A DNA stretch of 62,300 nucleotides, counting the filler, from Choristocarpus tenellus KU-1152 (taxonomy: Eukaryota > Protista > Phaeophyceae): assembly GCA_964200185.2 (NCBI GenBank). It is 12 parts of 12 records of this genome, joined end to end, with 100 filler letters (N's around TTAATTAATTAA, not from the genome) between each part and the next. Parts side by side here need not be neighbours in the genome. Positions count along the whole stretch, not along the records: positions 36,223 to 41,483 come from CAXNAD020011329.1; positions 41,584 to 49,703 come from CAXNAD020005119.1; positions 49,804 to 52,869 come from CAXNAD020022553.1; 9 more parts are not named here. One strand, given 5' to 3'. The position numbers were made by a program, and so were the translations under genes. Every line of letters starts with the position of its first letter. The stretch's first letter is position 1. Below the pieces are notes generated by a model. That model did not search any database. It saw only the letters and a list, made by a program, of their open reading frames with translations, and had not been told where the DNA came from. Of this stretch, positions 38,591-51,807 are shown piece after piece.

Positions 38591-41500
38591 AAATAGTTGC
38601 AACGCCAAGGTGTGCTAGCTCGTTGTGCAATTTTTGGGGGGATAGGTTCGCGGCCATATTTTACTGTCACCAATAACGTAGATGCCCGTACGACCCGAAC
38701 TTCCCTTTGAACACGGCTCTATGTCATGATACACAACACCACCAGTCACTATCGTTTGTTGGTCCTTATAGGACTTCCATGTTCTTTGCACTACTCCTAT
38801 CTTTTATGGGTGTCGAACTTTTCTGGGACCCCTAGAATCACCGTGGGTTCTGCGATCACTCCTTGCCCTTTCTTTCGTCCAACGTCAGAAACTTCTCTCA
38901 GCAATTTTGGTGATCTTGTAATTGGTAATTGATGTGGAAAACAAATGAGGGGATGTGACTAGGAATTTCGAGTTCAGTTTTTGTTCTGACTATGATTTGT
39001 GTCCATCTGTCTCAAATTGAGTGTGTATATTTGAACTGACCAATGAGAATGGTCGAGAATTCGGTTGCTAGAATGGTTCTTCGAAGCAACCTACGTCGAA
39101 AAATATCTTATCTACTGTTCGATATGTGTGTCTGAAAGTTAAGTAGTATTTATGAAAAGATATCCCATTTTAGGGTCTTTGACACTATGAGATACCCGAT
39201 GCAGTGACGTTCAATATGTGTGTGGCACATTTTCCCTTCAGACTGGTAATGGCGATGTGGTGTGGGATAGACCCCGACCGATTCGTCGTGATCCCAACAT
39301 GCATGGATTCAAGACAGTAACCCTGGTTGCAGCCAATTACAGCAAAGTACTTGAGGAACATGCTACTCTGAAACTCTCAACCCTCCCCTGTCATGGCTCA
39401 ATCCCGTCTGTCACTTCCTAAACGTCGTATCTGTGATAATTGCCATCACTTTCCATCACACAGGAGTTGGCCATACGATAGTGGTTCTCACGCTGGTCTG
39501 TATTTGGGGTTCACCAGAGATGTAGGGTCACGCGACTAACTCAAAAGGTTGTTGACCCTGCTCAGAAAGACTATTGGACTTGAAGAAACAAGGCACCATC
39601 AAGGAAGCGCAGGTTGAGAGGGACGATCATCTCACATCTCAACTCTTATGGATCCTATGCCCTGACAAAAGGGCAAACGCATCCTTAGCAATTCGCTTGA
39701 ACATGAGGGTGGTTTCGCAATCAATGGCCGAGGGAGGGCCATACACGTAATCCCGACCAGACCCGTCATCACGGGTTGGCTGAAGATTATGAGTGCAAGG
39801 AGGACAGGAGGTTCGATGTCAACGACAACATCTGCATTCAAGTCTGAGTTGTCGTCAAAGTCTAACGCAGTATGGAAGTGGGAGAATGTGGATGACAGCC
39901 ACACTGGTGCAACCCTTGAAAGGATAACCAGCAACAGATTGTGATGGGAATATTCGACTCACTCTACCCGAATCACATTCTCTGGGGTTATCTACTTGAT
40001 CATTAAGCACGTTTCTAATAAGGACTTCCGACCGCGAGTTCTGGAGTGCAGGATTTGCCTTAATCCCCTGTTGGCAAGCTTCTTTCAAGAATGGGTTAAA
40101 CCTTACGCTATTCCGCAATATCTGCGAACAGTGGTCGTTGGTCGACTTTTATTGGTGATCGTAACATTTGTCACCCTGTCAGAAATCTCTACTATCCCCT
40201 CTATAAACACCTGGAGAATAGCATATATAATCCCAGGAGGAGAGAGTGAGGAAGGAAAAGCTTAGAGATGACCTGCTGATTCTGTTCCTCAACATTAGGA
40301 AGGACAAGCCATACACATGGTATGATATCTAAGGACTTGTTGTCTAGGTCGGGAAATACTGAAGAAACAAGATCAACCTAGGACATTACCTAACAATGAA
40401 TACCAGGTTGACAAAGTATCACTTGCTATAAGCAGGACAGTTAACCACTGCTGTTGCATCTGCTATGACTTGATCCTCAAAATCCCTTTAGAGGTGGGAG
40501 ATCTTTCTCAAGTCAGGTTGTGTGTTCCTCTATTATATCGCTGACACACATCAGCTCTTAAACATTACTCAACCTCCCCAACTACACAACTAACTCTAAT
40601 TGAGCAGGAAGAACTACTAGACAGTACTGTATCTAATTCAGACCAGTCTTCTCATTTATCCGAAATTGGATTAGGCTGTGATATCAAATTTCTGTTGAAT
40701 TTCCTCTACAACGAGGTACTAAATCAGTTTGTAGACCCCCGTGTCACGTGGCACCAAAACGCATGACACCAGCCGTCAATGAGCAAACAATACGAAGAAA
40801 CAAGGCAGTGTCAAACCCTTTTCAAGTCCATGGGTATCCCCTGTTACCATTCTTGCAAAACCAATGGATCCCCCTATTTCTGTGCGGATTTCAGAAGATC
40901 ATGAACTTGATATGAAATCCATGGCATAGAACGAAGACCAACATTTAAATCGATTGGTAGAAAAACTCTTCACACTAAACCAACCAAATGATGTGCACCC
41001 TTTCAAACCTCCCCTTCCTTACCTATTTGGACATGAGTTGGGAAATCATGTGAATTGATAGGCCAGGGATAGTCGTGTTGACTGAGCAAATTCTGGACAT
41101 ACACTATGAGAGGATTCAAGGATTGATGACAAAGTAGTCCAGGGATGAACTGATCAACGGATGTGACATTGCAACGGACAAAGAAATGTACTATGATAGG
41201 CAACAGTTCTATACCAACAATATTGAGGCGACAAGTTTCCTCACTATTGATAGGTCTCCTGGGTCGCCATCAAGGTGATAGTGGAGCCCAACATCAGCTC
41301 GTCTTGAGGAGACAGAAACAATTATGCCTGCATCACAAGAATCATTCAATAAATACTCAGATCGATATACTGGGAACCATGCTCAGCTACTGTTGCCAGC
41401 ACTAAAAAATGAGGATGGGGAAGGGGAGAAGAGTGCAGGTGTGTGAAAGTATCTTAGAGGGTACGAGTTTTGCCCTGTTTGTCNNNNNNNNNNNNNNNNN

Positions 41501-43562
41501 NNNNNNNNNNNNNNNNNNNNNNNNNNNTTAATTAATTAANNNNNNNNNNNNNNNNNNNNNNNNNNNNNNNNNNNNNNNNNNNNCCCCCCAGATACTTTGA
41601 CCCAGAACTTCGTATAAAGGAGCGATTATTACTTTTAAGTACTATGTATGGCTCTTGTAGCAGGGTGCTGCAAGTTTTCGTGAGAAACAATGTGTAGGTC
41701 TGGTCATGATGCATTTCTAACAGCTTTACAGTACAAATACTCTAGAGTATTAGTATCAATAGTACCTGTTACTTGCTATTGTCATTATCATTGGTCATGG
41801 TGCCTGGATTTTGAAACTCAGTGTACTATACAATACCAGTAATTCAAACCACACCATGGATCTATCAACTTCCACATTCAACCTTCCACTTTTTTTGTAT
41901 TGTTGTTGGAATTCTTGAATCCAATTTTTGAACTCTTTAGGGATGATGTACTTTCTTCCACGTGGGCCAATCATATGTAGTAATGTTTTTCACTTGAGAC
42001 AATCCGTAATGAACGGTAATGTTTCAAGCACTATGGTCTGGTCCGGACCAGTCCAGTACGGTATTGTGTACGCCACTGGACAAATTGCACAGTATGGCAA
42101 CGGTAAATAGTGAAGAAACATGGTACGGTAAAGTCATTCCGCCATCACACACCAATATCACAACATAAGTGGGTCTATCAAGGGGTGTCAGGTGTTTTAA
42201 GCTGGATACACCAGGCAGATAGGCAAAGGGGGTCCTTTAAGATTCTTTGGAAGCTTCCATAGCCCTCGTCCTGTGGTGCAGGGCTAAGCTAGATTGGAGG
42301 CATAGGAGGGAAGTGGTGTAGCATAGCTGGTAGTAAAATAGATGATAGAAATATGCTTATCACATTTCCGATAACTGCTACTGTTTTCAGGGGCTGTTCT
42401 GATATTGAGTTGGCTTTTCATTGGTTTTTCCCCTGACATATCTACAAAATGTTAGAGGGCATACTATCAAAATATTTTAGGTTGTTTCAACGGAATAATA
42501 CGCACCTTCAAGAGGTTCCAGGGTTTCGCACCGAGCCCTAGAATCTTCTTGTGCTGGATCCCCTTCCGTGAAATCCTTTGAAAATCTAAAAAACAAAATG
42601 TTAGGACTTGGTGGCCCTCTTTAATTTGGGTTTGTCATCTCCACAAAATCAGGCAAAAACTACATAGAGTCTAACTGTCTTGTTCTTGGTCTAGCGTTTA
42701 TAGAGTATAGTGACAAATAGGATAAGTTGGGTCCTAGTGCTTGCCATCCATCTGGACTTCAGTTAACCAAAATGTGACCATTTCAATGAAAAGATTAGCA
42801 AAATTGGGGTTAGATCCTTAAAAAATTCCTGTGGTGAACAGGTACATTACCCTCCAAGCCATGGGGACGATACAGTACAGTAGAGGTTACGGTCATGATG
42901 AACCTCTCCTCATGTCGGACAAATGAAATCCGATTTATGCCATACAAGTCAATTTCCGACAGGTCAATGGCAGTTCCTGTCATAAATCCGAGTTCTGCTT
43001 GTTTGGGCACATCCTCACAAATCGAAGATTTAGGAGTTAGTTGGATCTTTCATTTGTGGACCCGAATGTTTTGTATTCATTGATATTTCTGAGGGTGGTG
43101 TGGTACAAATATTCCTACAACAAGACGTGATATTGACAAATCAACCCACTGTGATTTGTACGACTTGTATTCGCAAGGGCAAATCATTTCAGAGGTATTC
43201 GCATCAATGCATTTCTACCTGGAAATCTTTTTGTACATCTTTTACAGCTATGAGAGTGGTATATACAAGCATTTGTACATACTGCATAGACGCGTGAGTG
43301 GTACATACAAATGTTTATACATGTTTCGCAGAGGATGAGTCTTTCCGACAATATTTGTACATGTTTTTATCAGGGAAGTGACGATACTGATACACGCAAA
43401 ATGCGATCACTGACCACCGATATAGCTCCTCGCCCACTTGTAAAGCTAGGTTAGAGGTATAGCAGCAATGTACACATCACATTGTCATTTCCAACCTTTA
43501 TGGGAGCGTTTGTAGTATGCTGGTATTGAAATAGTGTATAGATTTTAGAAAGATATCTTTCA

Positions 43563-43809
43563 GACCCAAAGTATCTGGGGGGGGGGGGGGGCTCACCCAG
43601 GGTGTCACTTTTGGTTCAANNNNNNNNNNAAATGCGAACCCCCCAAGTTTTGGGGGGGGGGGGGGGGGTCTACACCAGGGTGTCCATTTTGGATCAAAAT
43701 CAGGAAAAATGTATTTACATTATCCATCCAAAAAATAACCCAAAAATCGTGACATGAAAAAATGGATCCCAAATGGACAGCCGCCTCCCCCCCTCAGATA
43801 CTTTGAGCC
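43563..43809 (+). mobile_element. MITE family B (internal N gap)
   Basis: GACCCAAAGTATCTG(n) ... CAGATACTTTGAGCC; perfect TSD TTCA. Partial family B ends also occur at contig starts 36223-36262, 41584-41603 and 52970-53027. Confidence 0.88.
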
Positions 43810-44258
43810 TTCATGGTATAAAATATCATGCCCTCTGACGTTTTGCAGAATTGGCAGGGAAAAGGCCAACCAACAACACAAGGACCCCAGTAAAAGAAAC
43901 AGTTGTCGTAAATGTGAAAGATATCTATCCCAAACCTGCTTTATGTTTGAACACAGCTATACTACAACTCTCCCTTAAAGGTCGGTAATTACAAGGTTGT
44001 ATGTAAACTGCTGCTGTGTCTGTAACCTAGCTTAATTCTACACTAGTGGCCAAGGAGGTGGGAAGCATCCCAAGAATCTGACAGGCCTCTACTTGCCCAT
44101 CTGCCTGGTGTCTCTGGCTTAAAGATATTGTATACGGAATAATATGGGTACGTGTCTTCAACCTCTACAAAACTGAACGGACACCAACATGGCATACTAC
44201 TGACATCATATTGCCCAAGACCCTACTACGACCTCCACAATGTGTTGGCTTAGAAGGG

Positions 44259-44517
44259 GAGCCAAAGTATCTTAGAGGGTAGAGCCGTGTCCATTTGGAG
44301 GTCAAAATCCAATGTTGCCATTTTGGTGTAATTTTGGCTATCGTTTTTGTTAGGAAGTGTCAATATCCTTATTACGGACACACCTTTTCGTAACGTACAC
44401 ATTTTACCTACTCTGAACCATTTTGGAGTAGGAAAATGTCTTAACAATAAACATGGGAAGTCAAGCCCCAAACGGACAAACAGGGCAAAATTCGTACCCT
44501 CTAAGATACTTTCACTC
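44259..44517 (+). mobile_element. MITE family A
   Basis: Both TIRs present; perfect TSD AGGG. Confidence 0.93.
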
Positions 44518-44823
44518 AGGGGGGTTAATATATCTTCTTATACTATCCATAAAACAACAAGGGAACCAAGTATTGTACTCGTATGTACTTACAATAGTAG
44601 TAACCTAAGATTTGTATACAATTGATTTTCGTAATTGAACTTTAACAACATAGCGTTCGTACGCAATTGTTCTTTCCTACTGAATCACAACAGAATATTA
44701 TATATATATTGTTTTTTCCTATTTTGTCTCAAGATAATATTTATACATGATTATTCTTCCTATTAAATCACAAGGTAAGATGTATACAAATATGAGGTAG
44801 CAATAGATGAATACACAATTGTC

Positions 44824-45193
44824 TTCTCTCGACACATAGACACCTATTATTCTTTATCTAGAACGGTCAGTGATATCTACAGATCGTGTGTGCATGGTAG
44901 CCAACAAGGTTGTATCGACAAATCGGGATTTGTTCATCATTCCTCAACGTTAAGTTGCACTGAGTACATGATTTGTGGTAAAAGATTCCTGGATAGAATG
45001 ATGTGAGGATCTTCACTATTCCTTCAACCTTCACATACGAATATCTGTGCTTTAAATTTCTATAAATTTGTGAACCACAAATGAGTTCAATCATGATATT
45101 CTGACGTATAAACCTTTCGTTTATTAGTTTTTTGTTGTCCTTACTAAAAATGTTTGTATTGTTTTGATGAATACTTTGATTGTGAAATTTCAT
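44824..45193 (-). pseudogene. Intronless AT-rich RING-finger pseudogene
   Basis: ORF 45193-44867 ends SCTQCNLTL...PICRYNLVGYHAHTIC. After two stops, TGTCTATGTGTCGAGAG gives CPMCRE if one base is restored, completing a RING-like Cys/His pattern. Confidence 0.45.
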
Positions 45194-47135
45194 TATTATT
45201 TCTACTACCTCTCCTACTACTCTAACTTTCTATATTATCATCGTTGCTAGTATTTTATTATTGTTGGACCCCATATTTCGCGTAAGTGAGGTAATCCAAT
45301 ACAACAAATGATTTGTTCGCACCGTTCCCATTCAAAAACAAGACCAGACGATCAACAAAAATATGTAAAAGCATGTCCTTCTACATTTTGTACATGTATG
45401 AGAAAAAAACAAAAACTATGACACAAGGATATTACTGTAATTTCAAGGGTTGTTGTCAATGCTAACACACCCTCTGTAAGAGACTTCCTATCAACAAAAT
45501 ATTATCATGCCATCTGACACATTGCAGGTGTGGCAGGGAAAAAGCAAGACTGATATATTATTGTGCAGTAATTCCACCACTACTTAGTGCTACTGCTGTA
45601 AGTACAGCAGTTGTGTTGGTGGTAAGTCACCTCTCTGAAAATATCTACTATTTCAAAGCAACAAAAAACATGTTCCCTTCAAACAGGTAAAACTATGAAC
45701 TAATGTATGAACTCCTATGCTTCTAACCTACCTTGGACCCAGGAGGGCATGGGAGGATGTAGCGAAGCATGACAAGAGTCTGCTACATCCCTTCTTGTCT
45801 ACAGAGTGTATTTGGTTGGTACGGTATGTAAAAGATATATCCTTGACGGAGTATATTGAATTACAGTACATTCATCGCCTCGCACCCCTCAGACAATTTT
45901 CCAAGTCTGTGGTAATCAGTAATTTTTCAGATTACTCAACGGAAGTGGGAGAAATGCTTTACTTACATCGTAGTTGTACTCTGTGTATCCATGGTGCACC
46001 AGTGGGAATAATTTGCAGTCCGGAATCACAAATCTATTCCTATAGAAATTCTTCCAAATACACAATAGAAACGAATTCTAGCATCAAGAATCCTCATAAA
46101 CTACTTCTAGTAAGTTTCAGGCGGGTACAAAGACTGCAAAGTGCAAAACCATCATCGACACCTTATAGTAACACCTCCCCAATATTATCAAATAGCAAAA
46201 ATGTACATTTTGGTATGAGATTCCCCGAGATTGAATCATTTTCCTCCTATTTCATATATGATGATATGTTGGGATTTGATTGAAGGAATTGAAGAAATAT
46301 TCAGCAATAAACGACGACATCAAATGTCAGAACAGAAGGTGGATACAACATGTACTTGTAATCCTGGTGCCCGTAGATATTGTGAGTACATCTTAGGCTA
46401 CTGCCTATGCTGTACATTAGTGGTGGGAACAACGAAGGAGGAAGGTACGTGTGTCATTCAGGTTACATCCTGCTGCCTCATCGCAACTTTCAACTTTCAC
46501 AGTCAACCCATAGGTTGGAATCAGACAAAAACATCCCCTGGCAGAAACGCAGGGCTACCACAGACCACTACTAAGCCAACAAGTCTCCACATAATAATAT
46601 TACCTTGTTTGGAGAAAATTCTGTCGTAAGGTCGGAAGAAGGTTCCGCTTAAGGCTCGTGGGTTGACCAAGGCCAGCTCTGGCGCTAGTTTTACCAGAGT
46701 CTACTAGTCCGGCGGTAGGAGTCATCAACTCCAGGTGAGAGCATCACAGTTCAGTAGGTTGTGCGCTATTGACTCACTGTCGTCAAGACTAGACACTTGT
46801 ACAGTTTTTCCTTTCCTTGCCGCCCTGCTATCATCCATGACTTGGAAGATCGCCTTCGATCATTTCGGCTCATCCCACGGTGCATTCCACCTCCCACAAA
46901 TCATGTCATTTACCTATTTTGCCCCAAAGTCTGAAGAACTCAAGGCCTAACCTTGAAATTATTTTCTCCTTACCCACGATACATTTGTTGTCCTTTTCCT
47001 GTCCCTGGGTGAATTCCTTGCTGCAACCTCACACACCTGTATTTCCGTCCAAAGTAGGGTTGCTGTCTCACCTCATCGCTCTTTATCCCCACTGTCTTCT
47101 CCTGCCATGGACACCATGTGTCCCTCACGCTTGCT

Positions 47136-47525
47136 TTCCCGGAAAGGAGACTATGGCAACGAGCAAGTCAGGCACGAAGGACGGTATTGCTTCTATGCAA
47201 CTGAAGTGCGATCATTGCGTCGCAAAGAAGGTGAAGTGCAAAGACATGGACAAGCTCTTTCCAGCCAGTGGGCGAACCGGTGCTGGAGCAGTCATTGAGT
47301 GATACCTTTCAACTCCCCTTCAGAACACACCTGCGTTTGGAAGGGGAGTTAAAAGGTATCACTCAATGACTGCTCCAGCACCGGTTCCCCCACTGGCTGG
47401 AAAGAGGTTGTCCATGTCCTTGCACTTCATCTTCTTGGCGTTGCAACGATCACAGTTCCATTGCATAGAAGGAATCCCATTTTTCGTGCCCGACTTGGTA
47501 GTTGCCATAGTCTCCTTTCCGGGAA
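47136..47525. repeat. Long inverted repeat (arms 47136-47321 and 47340-47525, 18-nt loop); third partial arm copy at ~47578-47725
   Basis: Direct comparison shows 3 mismatches in the loop-proximal 77 bp, while the outer ~90 bp is more diverged. The arms contain a Zn2Cys6 first-exon sequence. Confidence 0.95.
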
Positions 47526-48273
47526 GGGAAGTGTGTTCAACTCCCCTTCCACACGCGAGGGACTAGGACTTGCATTTGGAAGGTGAGTTGAAAGGTATCA
47601 ATGACTACTACAGCACCGGTTCCCCCACTGACTGGAAAGAGGTTGTCCATGTCCTTTTACTTCACCTTCTTTGCAACGCAATGATGACAATTCCGTTGCA
47701 TGCCTGGAATTCCATTCTTCGTGCCCCACTTTGCTTCAGTGTCTTCCCTTCAGAATTGTATCATTCAGCAGTGACGCCCAACTTTGGCAGTCACTGGCGA
47801 AAACCCTCAGATTGATGAGGGCTAGCTACGTTTGACCTACGTGTGTGCTGGCAGATACTAAAGGGCATATTTGATACAGTGTATTGGTATGACAAGTGCT
47901 GACTGCTGACTGATGATTGCTGTGAGAAGACAAAATAAAGTGGGGACAACACCTGGCTTAGAATACACAATGTTTTCGGTTCTTCCACTCTCCTAGAACT
48001 ACAGTCGGTGATCAACCTACTTACCTAACCATTCTACACCCAGTCTCATCCCCCTTCCCCCATATTTCTGTTGTACATGTGCGCGTCATTGCCAGTGGCC
48101 AGGCCTGCTGCATCTTGTGCTCCCATATGGGAGTCGATTGTATATTTTATTCGAAAAAGAAACCGGGACCCAAGTCCCAGAAACGCGGAATGGACGTGAA
48201 GGAGTCATTTGGGGGCAATGACCATCACATTACTCCTTCAGAGGCCATGCATCTTCTTCCCTGTAAGGATTAA
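47153..48273 (+). pseudogene. Zn(II)2Cys6 binuclear-cluster transcription factor gene or pseudogene
   Basis: 47153ff reads MATSKSG...CDHCVAKKVKC (C-x2-C-x6-C). An exon after ccag at ~48095 reads GQACCILCSHMGVDCIFYSKKKPGPK (second C-x2-C-x6-C plus basic linker). There is no GT donor directly after the third Cys, and the downstream frame stops at 48271-48273. Confidence 0.65.
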
Positions 48274-49192
48274 TTTCATTTCCAACGGAATCACCATTGT
48301 CCCCAACGGGGTGATCTCTCTCACCGGTGGGATTATCTTTATCATCAATCCCATCCATGCGTACTCCTTATGAGGCCAAGGCTAGCCCCAAAGACACTCC
48401 ACGAAAGGAGTGGACGAAGGTGTATAGACAAGGGAGCATGGCTGCAGTATGACAGCGGGCGAAAGGTGTTTGGAAGGCTAGAGAAGGGGGGGGTGATGGT
48501 GAAGATTGAAGATTGATTCATTGATTCATTGGGAGGGCAATGGTGGAGTGGGCATTTGGAAACTTCATGCAAGCTTACTTCAGTGATGGAACTTGTCGAT
48601 TTTGAAAGTACATAATTGCTGCTCAACAACGAGTTGGAAGATGTCCATACAAAATCAAAAAAGATACCTGCAGAGGTGTTCTTCCTGGCATGGATATATA
48701 TATGTCTATACATGCATACATATATTTTCTGTGTGAAATCAATAGTAGATGAGCAGATGTGTTCTCCCTTTGACCTAATCCATCACATTGAAAAACTTTG
48801 ATTTCTTAAGAGTGGGAAAATATTGTAATGGGATGTCTTTGTTCTTCCTCCAGAACTACTCCTTGCATCCAATCGCCTTTCTTCTTTGCTGGGATGCAGC
48901 CTCTTTTTGACCATAATGAAATTTCTGGTGTCAACAGAGGAAGTGATTTTTTTATTCTTATCAATCAAAGAGGATCGTCTACTTCTTGTTCCACCTTTTT
49001 TCTTTCATTTTTATGGTATTGTTGTACAAGGTATTGTTGTACAAGGTATGGTTTACAAGTTATTTATTACCGCCATCCCACCCTGTCCTTCCTTCTTTTG
49101 CTTTGACTGTTGTTGTGCCAACTAGAATAATAATGCCTTCCAACTTTGGTATGAGTTGACTGCGTGCGAGTATATTTTTGTCTCTAGATGTT

Positions 49193-49461
49193 GAGTGAAG
49201 GTATCTTAGAGGGTACGAGTTTTTCCCTGTTTATCCATTTGGGGCTTGGCTTCCCACGGTGTTTTTTATGACACTTTTCTACTCCAAAATGTTTCGGAGT
49301 AGGTAAAATGTATGCGTTATGAAAAAGTGTATCCGGAACGAGGATATTGATATCTCCTAACAAGCATGAAGCCAAAATTACACTAAAATTACACTAAGAT
49401 TACAACATTGGATTTTGTCCCCCAAATGGACGCAGCTCCACCCTCTCAGATACTTTGACTC
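49193..49461 (-). mobile_element. MITE family A
   Basis: Both TIRs present; perfect TSD TGTT. Partial family A ends also occur at 41441-41483 and 49635-49703 (contig ends). Confidence 0.93.
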
Positions 49462-49803
49462 TGTTCTCTGTCCCTCTGAACAGATATATACGCATTTTGT
49501 ACTTGGATATCTATATGTATCATCATCTATCTAGGTCAATAGCTTTTGTATTGTCTGATCTACCATATCTACATGTTTGCACTTTATTTGATTTTTTTAT
49601 CAATACTGTGCGGGTATGTATTATCTATCCATAAGAGTGAAAGTATCTTAGAGGGTATGAGTTTTGCCCTGTTTGTCCATTTGGGGCTTGGCTTCCCATG
49701 GGTNNNNNNNNNNNNNNNNNNNNNNNNNNNNNNNNNNNNNNNNNNNNTTAATTAATTAANNNNNNNNNNNNNNNNNNNNNNNNNNNNNNNNNNNNNNNNN
49801 NNN

Positions 49804-49900
49804 CTGATTTCCAGTCACCCCTATATCTGATGACCAACCAGGGTAAACCCCCTTCGCCCCTGATTTCCAGTCACCCCCCCTATCCGATGACCAACCAGTG
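49804..49900. repeat. ~56-bp tandem repeat at contig start
   Basis: CTGATTTCCAGTCACCCC...GATGACCAACCAG occurs twice. Confidence 0.75.
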
Positions 49901-51807
49901 CAACCCCTTTCACATATCATTTATAATAATCTCTTTCGACTGTACATCTACTCACAATCCCCAATCCTTTCTTGCTTCCATAGCATTCACTCCACTCTAA
50001 CCCCTCACCTACCACATGTCCTCACACAGTTCTTTAAAATTATCTCCACCTACTTTCATAGCGGTCACCCCGCCTAAGAAAACAAATCATAATACAAATT
50101 CCAACTACCACATTCCTCATTCAGTCCTCCTATCCATACAGGTTTTCTATTTTTCTTTACTTCTTGTCTTACATCCTCTCCTAACTTGTAGCTATACTAT
50201 ATAATATATATGTGACTACTCATATTGACATAACCGTTGATTCACAAGGTATCTCTGCCTAATAAAAGGTTTTGTTACTAGCCTCGTACCTTCCGCGCGT
50301 GATTTTTGTCTGGGGTGGTCCCCCCTACATCATCCTACAATGCGCCCACGCTGTTCTATTTTTCTTGCCATATGGGTGGGGTTGGCCCATGTCAGCAGCG
50401 GAAGACAACCTACGTCCTCTATCGCCGATCGATACCGACCTGATATCTGCTCTACATTTCAGGCCATATTTAAACTGTACTTTAACAGACTGTCGCAGGT
50501 ACACTATCTCTACCCTGACCTACTATATTTTCTCTTTTTGTCGTGAACTCAACAGGATAAACATGTTAGTGACATAAACGGCGCATTCTACTATTCGTCC
50601 CCAACTACCCTTACACTGTCGCTCTACCAGGACCCTCAACCTTTTTCCGTCCTACTTTGTGCACCAAGCTATATATTATTGTTTCTAACCTGCAGTGTTA
50701 AACATGTACTCCCCTCTCTGCCACGACCATTACTGTCGGGATCGGCCCAATTTGTCATTCACGCGTTTATCTTGTTTTACTCCGTCATAACATCGATAAC
50801 ATCGTGGTCCGTCCTTCGCACTTTCTTCTTCTAAGGATTTCCCCGGGTACCCCTTCGATAGTGTCTGAGTCTCTCTCTTAATACACATGTCCTATTCCTG
50901 CCCAACAATTATTCACGAAGTTTTTCATCGTCATTGTCATCACCCCCCTTACCTTGTGAGCTATTCCGTACCATTTGTATATCTTGTCCTCATGACTCCT
51001 CGCCTTTTCCACATGACCCTTCCCTCTTTCAACTGTCGGGAAGATTGTTCGGGTTCTTCCTTGATCCATTCCGATGAAAGCTTGCTCGGGGGTCCTTTTA
51101 ATCTAGCCTTTCTCGTCTTCTCCCCCAGCCTCAGATTTCCTCATTCTATTCAATACTGTTCATTCCTTCTCTCTCCCCTTGTGCCTACCTATTTTCTTAA
51201 CCGCTCAATCTTAACTCTTCGTTCCCTCCTTAATACATATATTTCTTTACTGTCCCGTTCCTTGCCCTGTGCCCACAAAACTCAGATTACTTCATAAACT
51301 TTCCCTTATTTAGGGCTAATAACATGTATATATATAGTTCTTATTGGTTTCCCCCTTGACACATCTCCAAAATGTCAGCGGGCATAGTAATAAAATATAA
51401 ATTTCTACATAACAACATGCTTTCCACACAATATATTATATTAATATTTTATACCCAAGATTCACATATAAAAATATTCTCAACAACATTCCAAGATATA
51501 ATAAACTCATCATGTAGAAGATACCTCTTGAACGATTGGGATTACTAGACCAAACAAATACAATTGCAAGAGAAGTTGAACACAAAAGACAAAAAGTACA
51601 GGAGTCCACCCCAGTCAAAATCCTGACATCAGTTTACCTGTTTTAGATCGAGTTCTTGGGAGTCCTGACATACGGTACTAAGGGGCTTGGCTCAACATGA
51701 CACTGTGGTGAGAAGTTAGAATCGGCATCCCAATTCAATTGAGTTTTTACTCTGTCACTAAATGCAATTTAACAATTTCCCTTGCATTCATTCTCCACTT
51801 AAATCAG

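Noticed and set aside
45717-46283. 188-aa ORF ending IYDDML, suggestive of an RT YxDD motif
   Set aside because: No other RT motifs are recognisable and the spacing does not match YxDD; cannot be supported without a search.
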